Shown: one piece after another, positions 52,840 to 61,382 of the stretch
Numbering within the stretch: position 1 is the first letter of the stretch
How the letters are laid out: each line of letters starts with the position of its first letter
IMG/VR virus record: IMGVR_UViG_3300006802_000089
Span: 10,398-74,397 of that record
Length of the DNA: 64,000 nucleotides
Reading direction: 5' to 3' (one strand)
DNA from: a virus
Position numbers and translations under genes: made by a program
Notes under the pieces: generated by a model
What the model was told of the DNA's origin: nothing
What the model saw: the letters and a program-made list of their open reading frames with translations, nothing else
The model's database searches: none

Positions 52840-53595
52840 TTACATGTTAGGATCGCCAGGTGTATCTATTCCATCGGTAGTGAATTTGACATCGATTGGT
52901 TTACCTATCGTGCTTTTGCTAGGTACAGGAACGTTGCCTTGCATTATCGGATTAGATTGTGCTTGCAAATCAAACAATACAAACTTACCATGTTTAGTAA
53001 AACCTACGTTACCTCCATGGGCTTCGCTGAAATTTATATTCATAGCACGCACATCTTGTAACACTTTTTGTCGTTGATCAATTATAGTATTTAACTGATT
53101 GTACACATCTTGTGTTATGCTATTTTTAGAAAGATCATAATCAATCGATCTTCGAAGATCACTGTCCGGCCGCGATGACGAAAAATACATATATTTAATT
53201 CCATCCCATGCATCTTGCATTTCTGATGTTAACGGAGTTACGCGATCCATGTATATAGCATATATATGATTATATATAGTTTGAATATCGTTTGAATCTT
53301 CACTAGGAAGACGAAATGCGGCTAAAGGTCTCACACTATATATATTAATCAGATGTGGACGTCTGGCTCTTTTTGATATTCGAGCAGCTAATGCAGCTTC
53401 GTTCTGATCTGCGGTAAATTTAATTACTTTGCCTCGCTGAGTAGCAATTGCTTGTCCATAATATCCGCCTCCTAGCCATTCTGCCGGCGAATCTGCAAAT
53501 TGATCAAATATCATCTTCAGTGTTTCTGGCTGTCTTAATTCACCATACACTTTGGTCAAGTTCGTTTCATTCAATATTTGTTTAAGTAGTATCAT
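52840..53595 (-). CDS. Protein kinase-like protein (leader + GIDTP tail)
   Basis: LGGGYYGQA, VIKFT, EA, EAHGGNVG, VLFD. Confidence 0.75.
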   Translation of the reverse strand: MILLKQILNETNLTKVYGELRQPETLKMIFDQFADSPAEWLGGGYYGQAIATQRGKVIKFTADQNEAALAARISKRARRPHLINIYSVRPLAAFRLPSEDSNDIQTIYNHIYAIYMDRVTPLTSEMQDAWDGIKYMYFSSSRPDSDLRRSIDYDLSKNSITQDVYNQLNTIIDQRQKVLQDVRAMNINFSEAHGGNVGFTKHGKFVLFDLQAQSNPIMQGNVPVPSKSTIGKPIDVKFTTDGIDTPGDPNM

Positions 53596-53601
53596 ATTGA
53601 T

Positions 53602-54300
53602 TTACATATCAGGATCTGCCGGCGTATCGATACCCGACCAATCATATGAAGTGTATTTTTCTTTATAGGTTTTACCTCTCGTATCAGGCCTAGTTAACAC
53701 ATCATTGAGTACTGTTGCTAGTTGATCATACGTTTGAATACTAGAAATACCAGTGTGGTGTTTAGATTCTGCTATCAGATCATAGTTTTCATTTATTAGA
53801 AAATAATATTCACAATCTAATAACACTTCTGAAACATTTCCGCTTGGCCAACTGTCTGTGTATGAATCGATAGGAAATGCATCTAAATTGCCTTGATCTT
53901 TTATCATTCTGCTAGCATTTGCATATACATCTGGTACTTGCGAACTCCATATAATTTTGAATGGATTTTTCGGAACAACTATGTATGAACGTCCGGATAA
54001 TCCGAATTTAGATTTGCCATGCGAACAATAAGTAAAATTAGTTAGACCGTATTTATCTTTAATAATATCAAATAAATTTTTAATTGCTGGTTTAGCCATT
54101 AGTCCTAAAGCATTTTTAGTTCCATATGGTTTATCTGCCTCTGTTGTGACTTTCGCAGCTGCTTTATTTAATCCGGCAAATTCTCTGGTTAATATGGTTT
54201 TGCCGGATAATTCGTTGCATTCATACCGAGCAGCTAGATATATTTCAATCAGAGTGTCTCCGTACTCTACTCCTTCGATTATATGTTTAAGTGATATCAT
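53602..54300 (-). CDS. Possible ADP-ribosyltransferase-fold protein (leader + GIDTP tail)
   Basis: ILTR...FTYCS...GRSYIVVP...IWS...SEVLL..EYY, an R-S-E-like arrangement. Confidence 0.45.
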   Translation of the reverse strand: MISLKHIIEGVEYGDTLIEIYLAARYECNELSGKTILTREFAGLNKAAAKVTTEADKPYGTKNALGLMAKPAIKNLFDIIKDKYGLTNFTYCSHGKSKFGLSGRSYIVVPKNPFKIIWSSQVPDVYANASRMIKDQGNLDAFPIDSYTDSWPSGNVSEVLLDCEYYFLINENYDLIAESKHHTGISSIQTYDQLATVLNDVLTRPDTRGKTYKEKYTSYDWSGIDTPADPDM

Positions 54301-54315
54301 TTAATATAAATATGT

Positions 54316-55077
54316 TTACATATCCGAATCCGGTGTATCTATTCCGTCTGTGGTATATATTGTATCATACAATTCAATTTTACGTAAACGATTTATTAAA
54401 TCTGATTTTTCTCTGCGTTGTATAAGATTAATATTAGAACTATCATGGGTAGTCCACATATCAAACAACGTTATACGTCCATGCTTATCAAAACCTATGT
54501 TTCCGGAGTGTGCTTCTTGTTTTCCAATATTTTTTCTGCGCATTGCTTTGATAATCGAATCACGCTGCATTAATGCTTGAGCAGCAAACTTAGGATCATC
54601 AAATATTTCTCGTGTCAGCATATCTCTCCATCGATCGGTATAATAACGAAGATCGTCTCCTGTCCAATCACCCCAATAGCCGGAGTCATGCAGTCTGTCA
54701 AACGTACGTATTTGCATCGGATTGAGTGGAGTATAATAATTAGTTAAAAGTGCAAACATTGCGCCTTCTGGATCTTCATACACTCGTTCGTCTGCAATAA
54801 TTACTCGTACGTCGGCATAACTAGCAATATGCGGATACACGTCTTTGCGGCGCATTGCAGTAGTAGTTTCAGATGCATCTGTAGTAATTTTTAATACCCG
54901 GCCACTGTTTAATTCATATGCCGTACCAAATCCTCCTTCTCCGATATCATATTTAATAGTTTCACCAAAAGCTGCAGCAACATCCGACGCTCTGTCTAAT
55001 ATATCATCATGCAATTGATTGAGTTCTGCACGATCAAATTCGAAGGATTCTGTTAATATGCGTTTTAATTTGATCAT
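54316..55077 (-). CDS. Protein kinase-like protein (leader + GIDTP tail)
   Basis: IGEGGFGTAY, VLKIT, E, EAHSGNIG, TLFD. Confidence 0.75.
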   Translation of the reverse strand: MIKLKRILTESFEFDRAELNQLHDDILDRASDVAAAFGETIKYDIGEGGFGTAYELNSGRVLKITTDASETTTAMRRKDVYPHIASYADVRVIIADERVYEDPEGAMFALLTNYYTPLNPMQIRTFDRLHDSGYWGDWTGDDLRYYTDRWRDMLTREIFDDPKFAAQALMQRDSIIKAMRRKNIGKQEAHSGNIGFDKHGRITLFDMWTTHDSSNINLIQRREKSDLINRLRKIELYDTIYTTDGIDTPDSDM

Positions 55078-55095
55078 ATAATATAAATATGATTG

Positions 55096-55553
55096 TTAAC
55101 TATTCAATATGCGTTGCAGTTGTATGAGCATTAACAGATGATATATGCATAATGCTACGATAGATACTACTTCGCCCCATAAGAAACTAAACGGCATAAT
55201 TATGATACCTATACCATGCATAAAACAGAAAAACTGATAACGCTTTGAATTCCAAAGATTTCGGAATGTGAATATGAAAAATATTATAGCAAATAAATTA
55301 TGAAGCATCGGATACATGCTCACCGAAAACACAGTTAACAACATCAAGAATACTGCCGGAAGCTTCCATTTAGGCAAAGAAAAAAAGAAATAGCTGGTTA
55401 CTGCGTTAGAAAGTATGAATAAAGGTTGCCACTCAGTTTCCCAATATTTTGATAGCGAAGGCATAGGTCCATATGAAATTATCATGATGAACGGCGCAAC
55501 TATTGCTAATGCTATAGCAGATATTTTTAAATGAAACTCTTTTATTATCCCAT
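55096..55553 (-). CDS. Multi-pass membrane protein; true start probably 55553 (1-nt deletion in a G-run)
   Basis: The frame stays open upstream of 55485 (GIIKEFHLKISAIALAIVAPF); ATG 55553 is in frame if one G is added; late motif at about 55569. Confidence 0.6.
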
Positions 55554-55633
55554 GGCAGATTGCTTTATTATAAATATGTTGTACGCTTGACCGTTAGTAC
55601 GTCCTTCCAGGACCGTACGGTACCGCTGCGAGA

Positions 55634-56173
55634 TTACATGTTGGGATTGCCCGGAGTATCGATACCCGATGCATCGGAAACGTCGTCACGCACTATTTCT
55701 AGTTTGCGATCGGTTTGCAGCACTCGGTAACCTGCCTGCGCAAGTCGTGTGCTATTGCTGCGCAGCAAAGCGGCATATATGCGAGTCTTCTGCGCAGCGC
55801 GTTCCTGATAGTGATCCGATCCCGAAACGTCGATAGCAGCAGGCGAATGCTGATTGATAAAATCCATTATGGCTTCCCATATGGTGTTCATCAAACGAAA
55901 ATAGTTTAGCTGTGCGCTAGCGCTAGCATGCGTGTGTGTGGCTGCTGTGCCCCATCTAGATGGTACTCGATATTCCAAGTCGTATGTGAAACCTTCATAT
56001 CGTCTCACGTTGTACCCTATGAGCTGAATGTCGATCTGTTGCCCGTCTGCTTGGAAACTGGTGCGCCAACTGTTGTGGCCGAATCCCGCGCGCGTCCAAG
56101 CAAACTGCGTGGCATATGGCTGTGCGGTGTCTAGGGTTATTTCTGTTATGAGTGATGTTAATCGCATATGCAC
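55634..56173 (-). CDS. Hypothetical protein (leader + GIDTP tail), locally GC-rich
   Basis: MRLTSLITE ... SGIDTPGNPNM. Confidence 0.7.
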   Translation of the reverse strand: MHMRLTSLITEITLDTAQPYATQFAWTRAGFGHNSWRTSFQADGQQIDIQLIGYNVRRYEGFTYDLEYRVPSRWGTAATHTHASASAQLNYFRLMNTIWEAIMDFINQHSPAAIDVSGSDHYQERAAQKTRIYAALLRSNSTRLAQAGYRVLQTDRKLEIVRDDVSDASGIDTPGNPNM

Positions 56174-56418
56174 AGCTGTGATGGTTTAATATAAATATGG
56201 GCGATAACACGTACGTGAGGAATGTATATACGCGCGTATATCTAATAAAGAGCACCTATATAGCAAAAATCTTACCCGTGCTAGAAAAATTGATATAACC
56301 ACCCTATATCTCCACCTATATACGGGGGTGTTAATGAAACCCTCCCCACCCCCCTATTTGACCCCCTCCTCCCCCCTTGTTCGCACCCTATACGCGACCC
56401 CCTCCCCCGAACTGTTCG

Positions 56419-56442
56419 AAAGGGGGCTATGCGCCCCCCTTT
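56419..56442. terminator. GC-rich hairpin, probable terminator of the cassette array
   Basis: aaagggggc-tatgc-gccccccttt. Confidence 0.55.
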
Positions 56443-56463
56443 GCTTGCGTATACATAATATGC

Positions 56464-56616
56464 TTAACACATTTCTACTTGTGATGGTATTAAAACTAAT
56501 GGAATAAAATCATCTAAATAAGGAATGTGTATTGTAATAAACCCATCTTCATTTTTAACGACGTCGTGTATTGTTCCTTTAAGGCCGAATGCATTTGTTT
56601 TTAATTTCACTTTCAT
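56464..56616 (-). CDS. Cassette ORF (50 aa)
   Basis: MKVKLKTNAFG... directly behind a promoter repeat. Confidence 0.6.
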   Translation of the reverse strand: MKVKLKTNAFGLKGTIHDVVKNEDGFITIHIPYLDDFIPLVLIPSQVEMC

Positions 56617-56691
56617 ATCTCTTTGTTTTTAATTATACTTAAATATAAGCAAAATAATGTTAGGATCCTAGTCTTTTCTTAACTTTTTTTA

Positions 56692-56820
56692 TTAAAAGAA
56701 ATAAGTCCAAACCGGCGCATCCGGATGCTTAAGAGACCACACATGATAGTCCCAATAAACCGATCCGACGGCGATTAACGTTAATCCTAATACAATTGCT
56801 ACGACTTTTAACTTTTTCAT
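56692..56820 (-). CDS. Cassette ORF, small TM peptide (42 aa)
   Basis: MKKLKVVAIVLGLTLIAVG... Confidence 0.55.
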   Translation of the reverse strand: MKKLKVVAIVLGLTLIAVGSVYWDYHVWSLKHPDAPVWTYFF

Positions 56821-56825
56821 ATCTC

Positions 56826-57029
56826 TTATTTTAAGATATTATCGTTTAAATGCTTAATTGCATTTTCTATTTCTTCTTTTGCCACATAATCAAACACACC
56901 AAATTTTAAACCAGTTTCCTCAAAAATTAATTTAACATAATTATGTGCTTCATCATAACTATAACCCTGATTAAATACGTGCCTTTTGCATTCATTAATT
57001 TTTTCACCTAATTTTAAAAATAACTTCAT
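56826..57029 (-). CDS. Cassette ORF
   Basis: ORF track; repeat upstream. Confidence 0.65.
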   Translation of the reverse strand: MKLFLKLGEKINECKRHVFNQGYSYDEAHNYVKLIFEETGLKFGVFDYVAKEEIENAIKHLNDNILK

Positions 57030-57092
57030 GTCTCTATCTTTTTAATTATACTTAAATATAAGAATAATATTGCATAAGTCCTAATCTTTTCT

Positions 57093-57359
57093 TTACTTTT
57101 TTCTTTGACCTAATCTACGTGTACCATGCTCAACGGTAACTGCTGTAAACGAAACTTCATTCTCAAAGTTATACTTATCAAATCTAATAAAACCTTCTTG
57201 TGTCATTCTTTCAACGGTATTTCCTGACAGGATCATGTTAAACATAGCCTCATCAACTACCATCTCATCTCCTACTCGATACTGTACAGCTTGGCTTTCA
57301 TATCCAGCTGATTCGAGTATTTCCTTCTTAACGATCAATTTAAATTCTTTGTGTGTCAT
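57093..57359 (-). CDS. Cassette ORF
   Basis: ORF track; repeat upstream. Confidence 0.65.
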   Translation of the reverse strand: MTHKEFKLIVKKEILESAGYESQAVQYRVGDEMVVDEAMFNMILSGNTVERMTQEGFIRFDKYNFENEVSFTAVTVEHGTRRLGQRKK

Positions 57360-57529
57360 ATCTCTTATTTTTTAATTATACTTAAATATAAGAATAATTT
57401 TGTTAGGATCCTAATCTTTTTTAAACTTTTTTATCAGATATTATCCGATAAAACATAACCACTACTGCTATCATGTACAGTGTCATTACTCCTAATCCTA
57501 TTGCTGCGTTCATCATATCCGTTTTTTGT

Positions 57530-57730
57530 TTAAGGCTGATCCGTGTATGTCGGATCGCAAATCTCCCACATTAAATTTATAACCTTGTCGTATACTCCAT
57601 TCGCTCTGAGTATTTCATCGAATTCGGGGCGGAACATGTAAGCCCAATTATAATACCTTCTAGCCGCTAACACATAATTTTTTTCTGCTATGTCTGCAGC
57701 GAAATCTCTAATTGCAAAATGGTTTATCAT
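57530..57730 (-). CDS. Cassette ORF (start MINHF)
   Basis: ATG directly after the repeat leader; the longer track ORF runs through the promoter. Confidence 0.65.
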   Translation of the reverse strand: MINHFAIRDFAADIAEKNYVLAARRYYNWAYMFRPEFDEILRANGVYDKVINLMWEICDPTYTDQP

Positions 57731-57814
57731 ATCTCTATCTTTTTTAATTATACTTAAATATAAGTAAAAAAAGTGCGCGAACCAAATTATCCACACACTT
57801 TTTTCAAACTTTTT

Positions 57815-58108
57815 TTACTCGTCCCAATTTTCAATACTGTAATCCTCACTTACTAAATCGAGTATTTCGTCATATATTTCAAACCCCTCATATTGCGCAG
57901 TCAAGCCAATTTCCTCTAAATCGTCTTCATCCTCCAAATTTAAATTTTTGCCATCTACTACAACATTAATACGTGTGAAGCCGTCATCCGTCCATAAATT
58001 CCATTCATACTCCGTGTCATTAATAACAATAGTGCCTTCAACTTCTCTACAAAGCTTTTCGTCTAAATCAACCCAACCGTCTAAAATTTCAATTTTTTCT
58101 ACTTTCAT
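57815..58108 (-). CDS. Cassette ORF, acidic TDDG paralog family
   Basis: MKVEKIEILDG...WTDDGFT...YDEIL. Confidence 0.7.
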   Translation of the reverse strand: MKVEKIEILDGWVDLDEKLCREVEGTIVINDTEYEWNLWTDDGFTRINVVVDGKNLNLEDEDDLEEIGLTAQYEGFEIYDEILDLVSEDYSIENWDE

Positions 58109-58191
58109 TTTTCTCTCTTTTTTAATTATACTTAAATATAAGCAAAAAAAGTGTACAAACCAAATTATTTGCACACTTTTTTCAAACTTTT

Positions 58192-58500
58192 TTACAACTT
58201 AAATATTTGCGTAAAATGCCAACCGTCACCATTAACCTCACTCACATAACTTAAAAATTCTCTATTTGAGGGATCGGTTCCATTTTCCTCTACATACTCA
58301 TCTTGCCATTCCTCATAATTATACATTTCTTTAAGAAATGCAAATACACTTTCACCATTACCTTTAAATACCTCAACACCACTACTATAACATCTTTCGT
58401 CTTCTTCAAACACGACAAAATAATTAAGTCCTGGAATTAAGTCCATAATGTCAATACTAATTGCTTCTTCTAACCGAGCTACATTTTTTTCTTTTGCCAT
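58192..58500 (-). CDS. Cassette ORF, acidic
   Basis: ORF track; repeat upstream. Confidence 0.65.
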   Translation of the reverse strand: MAKEKNVARLEEAISIDIMDLIPGLNYFVVFEEDERCYSSGVEVFKGNGESVFAFLKEMYNYEEWQDEYVEENGTDPSNREFLSYVSEVNGDGWHFTQIFKL

Positions 58501-58575
58501 TTTTCTATCTTTTTAAATTATAATTAAATATAAGAATTATTTTTCAATTAAACAACCTTTTTGTTAACTTTTTTT

Positions 58576-58698
58576 TTAAATTATTGTGCAGGATCCAAAT
58601 CCATATACAATACTACATACAATAACGGCTGCGGCACTTACTACTACTAATGCGCATGCGATACTAAATTCTGCGTTTTCTACAATTACTTTTTTCAT
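58576..58698 (-). CDS. Cassette ORF, small TM peptide (40 aa)
   Basis: MKKVIVENAEFSIACALVVVSAAVIV... Confidence 0.5.
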   Translation of the reverse strand: MKKVIVENAEFSIACALVVVSAAAVIVCSIVYGFGSCTII

Positions 58699-58780
58699 TT
58701 TTCTCTCTTTTTTAAATTATTAACTTATATTAATATAACCTCGTTTTTGTGAAAAGATAACCCTTTTTCAGCAACTTTTT

Positions 58781-59035
58781 TTAAACTTTTTTACTCAGGA
58801 AATCCCACCTCCCCACACCGTCTTCAACACAAACCTCAGCCTTGTCATATAAAACACCAACAAGCGTGTCAATTAAGTCACGTGTATCCGCATGATAAAT
58901 AGTTCCACAACCCGCGCCTCCAAATTGATACTCGGCAATTAATTCTCCATTCACAAATATTTGCGCAATGTCGTCAAACTCCTGCATTTCAATTTTACTC
59001 GCATAATTGTCTAACTCAAATGTGTACTTTGTCAT
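58781..59035 (-). CDS. Cassette ORF
   Basis: ORF track; repeat upstream. Confidence 0.65.
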   Translation of the reverse strand: MTKYTFELDNYASKIEMQEFDDIAQIFVNGELIAEYQFGGAGCGTIYHADTRDLIDTLVGVLYDKAEVCVEDGVGRWDFLSKKV

Positions 59036-59119
59036 ATCTCTCTTTTTTAAATTAATACTTAAATATAAGCAAAATAATGTTAGGATCCTAATTTTTTAGC
59101 ATCTTTTTTTAAACTTTTT

Positions 59120-59311
59120 TTACTCAAACTCCCACAGCTTTTTAGTGATAATGTTAACTCGAGTCTGCACTGCACTTATCAAATGCCTTTTAGCATCATT
59201 AGTCGGATCCGCTTTGTGGTCCCTTTTCCTGCGCTCCAGTCTTGCCTTTTGCACCACTAACTCCGACTCCAAGTCTCTTTTCTGTTTTGCCTTTAGTTGT
59301 ACGTGATTCAT
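59120..59311 (-). CDS. Cassette ORF, basic coiled coil (start MNHVQ)
   Basis: ATG overlaps the TGA of the upstream TM ORF. Confidence 0.55.
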   Translation of the reverse strand: MNHVQLKAKQKRDLESELVVQKARLERRKRDHKADPTNDAKRHLISAVQTRVNIITKKLWEFE

Positions 59312-59466
59312 CTTGCTGCTGCTATTACTATTATTGCTACTAATCCTGCACACATTAACAACCCTACCGGCTCCGTTAAGCATGCTATTACTGCTGGCAC
59401 AAATATTGTGAAGAATATTAGTGTCATTATAATCCAACCTATAAAATTTAAAGTGTATCTGCTCAT
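59308..59466 (-). CDS. Small 2-TM protein (52 aa)
   Basis: MSRYTLNFIGWIIMTLIFFTIF... Confidence 0.55.
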   Translation of the reverse strand: MSRYTLNFIGWIIMTLIFFTIFVPAVIACLTEPVGLLMCAGLVAIIVIAAAR

Positions 59467-59467
59467 G

Positions 59468-59626
59468 TTACTTCTTTTTAAATAAAATCCAAACTAATGC
59501 TACTACTGCGGCAATTGCTCCTAGTGTTCCTCCAAAATATGCCGCTATCTTAATTATAAAAGGACCTAATAAAGCAATTATCAATAATGCTATTAAAAAA
59601 CTAAATACGCTTGCTACTTTTTTCAT
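59468..59626 (-). CDS. Small 2-TM protein (52 aa)
   Basis: MKKVASVFSFLIALLII...WILFKKK. Confidence 0.6.
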   Translation of the reverse strand: MKKVASVFSFLIALLIIALLGPFIIKIAAYFGGTLGAIAAVVALVWILFKKK

Positions 59627-59710
59627 CTCTCTATCTTTTTTAATTATACTTAAATATAAGCATTTTTTTTCACTCTGCCAAATCTTTTAGCAACTTTTTT
59701 TCAACTTTTT

Positions 59711-59989
59711 TTAGTTCAAGTTAATTCCGTCAATTCCTTTAAGCAAATCGTTTACTGCGTCGCCTGCCTTTTTGCTGTTGTCAATATTGTGTAACACTAA
59801 TTGAGTTACAGCGCGGGACAATTCTCCTTCGTCGCCTTTCTCATACATATGCAACATTCCTGCCAACATTAAGCCTAATCTTATAATGCGAGTATCCTCA
59901 CATCCTGCATTCATTGCCTGTGCTGTCAAATCCTCAATTTCAGCTACCATTCCCAATAACATTTGTAATAACTCTGCGTCTCTTCTCAT
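59711..59989 (-). CDS. Cassette ORF
   Basis: ORF track; repeat upstream. Confidence 0.65.
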   Translation of the reverse strand: MRRDAELLQMLLGMVAEIEDLTAQAMNAGCEDTRIIRLGLMLAGMLHMYEKGDEGELSRAVTQLVLHNIDNSKKAGDAVNDLLKGIDGINLN

Positions 59990-60061
59990 TTTCTATCTTT
60001 TTAAATTATACTTAAATATAAGCATTTTTCTGTTCGGATCCTAATCTTTTTGAAACTTTTT

Positions 60062-60802
60062 TTAAACGTATTGCAACAAACTTTCGGATCCTGCTACACC
60101 GCGTAACGCCTTTTCTGCTGCGCGGACTAGTTGTCTCGCCCTTTCCCCAGTTACCTCTAATTTTTCAGCAATTGCCTCCATACATAGCGGATACTCCTGT
60201 CCTATGCCGTAAAACAAAACTAATGCCTCTGCCTGCTTAGCGTTAATCTGTTCCAGCAATCGTGCTAACTCGTTTTGGAATTGTTGTCTTTCGAAATCGC
60301 CTTTCACTTCCTCAGCCTGCAAATATCTGCTTCCAAACGTATCTGAGTTTTCCTCATCATTAATTTGCACATCCGTGCTAACCTCACCATACTCCTCACT
60401 GCGTGTTTTGTGGGATGGGATCCGCACTGTGCGAGAAAAATCATTTAACGCTTTCTGTATCTCTGCGCGGATATACCAAACTGCAAAACTAATAAATTTA
60501 ATATTGCGGCTAGGATCGAAACGCGTTGCTGCCTCAAATAAGCCTATATTACCAAAGCCAATTAAATCCTCCATTGCGATACCCATTCCCTGATAGCTTC
60601 GTGCTACTTGTGCTACAAACCTCAAATTAGCTGCCACTAATTCATTTAGTGCCTGTCTGTCGCCTGCCTGGATACGTTCTGCTAGTTTTCGCTCCTTTTC
60701 TTTGTCAATCATTTTAACACGCTTAATGTCCCGCATATATGCTTTTGTGCTATCAGCCGTGCTATTAATTGCTCCTTTCGTAACAAATATATTCTTTCCC
60801 AT
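60062..60802 (-). CDS. RpoD/SigA-family sigma-70 factor
   Basis: LVAANLRFV..VARSYQG, DLIGFGNIGL..AA.RFDP, KFISFAVWYIR, SRTVRIP, region 4 TGERARQ. Confidence 0.93.
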   Translation of the reverse strand: MGKNIFVTKGAINSTADSTKAYMRDIKRVKMIDKEKERKLAERIQAGDRQALNELVAANLRFVAQVARSYQGMGIAMEDLIGFGNIGLFEAATRFDPSRNIKFISFAVWYIRAEIQKALNDFSRTVRIPSHKTRSEEYGEVSTDVQINDEENSDTFGSRYLQAEEVKGDFERQQFQNELARLLEQINAKQAEALVLFYGIGQEYPLCMEAIAEKLEVTGERARQLVRAAEKALRGVAGSESLLQYV

Positions 60803-60839
60803 AACTACTTTCCGTTTATTAAAAAATTAAATGAATATC

Positions 60840-60995
60840 TTACCTTTCTGTTTTCTCCTTTCTGTTCTTCTTGCCTAACGCAATTGCCTGGTGTACTGCG
60901 TCTGTCGTGCTTGCCGGCTTCTTTGCCGTTGCTAATGCGTTGCCTATTAGTCCTGTTTGCGCATAAAATCCTGAGTTTCTTTTTCCTTTTGCCAT
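60840..60995 (-). CDS. Small basic cassette ORF (51 aa)
   Basis: MAKGKRNSGFYAQ... Confidence 0.55.
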   Translation of the reverse strand: MAKGKRNSGFYAQTGLIGNALATAKKPASTTDAVHQAIALGKKNRKEKTER

Positions 60996-61020
60996 TTTCT
61001 ATCTTTTTAAATTATACTTA

Positions 61021-61049
61021 AATATAAGCAAAAAAAGTGCGCGTGTCAA
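61021..61049 (-). promoter_or_regulatory. Near-consensus sigma70-type promoter within a cassette repeat
   Basis: TTGACA-N17-TATATT; a second such copy lies near 63155-63183. Confidence 0.8.
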
Positions 61050-61078
61050 CCTTTTTGCACACTTTTTTTCAACTTTTT

Positions 61079-61297
61079 TTAAAATTCCAAAAAACAATCT
61101 AAATCAGGATCCTCCTCCAATATTGCGGCAATAAGTTGTGGCAATAATTGTTTATCAATTCCATCCACATAGGCACCATAATCGTCTGTCTCCAATTCAA
61201 ATTTGTGCTTTACATTGTCAACCTCTACAGTGCCTTTTATGCGGATACAGCTATCCTCATTAAACGTGTATTGTTTCTCAATAACTAAATTTTCCAT
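61079..61297 (-). CDS. Cassette ORF, TDDG paralog family
   Basis: GTVEVDNV...FELETDDYG. Confidence 0.65.
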   Translation of the reverse strand: MENLVIEKQYTFNEDSCIRIKGTVEVDNVKHKFELETDDYGAYVDGIDKQLLPQLIAAILEEDPDLDCFLEF

Positions 61298-61382
61298 TTT
61301 CTCTCTTTTTTAAATTAATAATTAAATATAAGCATTTTTTTTCACTCTGCCAAATCTTTTAGCAACTTTTTTTAAACTTTTT

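Noticed and set aside
57731-58174. MWIIWF/MQIIWF N-terminal extensions of ORFs 57530 and 57815
   Set aside because: They are translations of the promoter repeat itself
59312-59437. N-terminal Ser/Asn-rich extension of ORF 59120..59437
   Set aside because: It overlaps a better TM-protein ORF (59308..59466) in another frame
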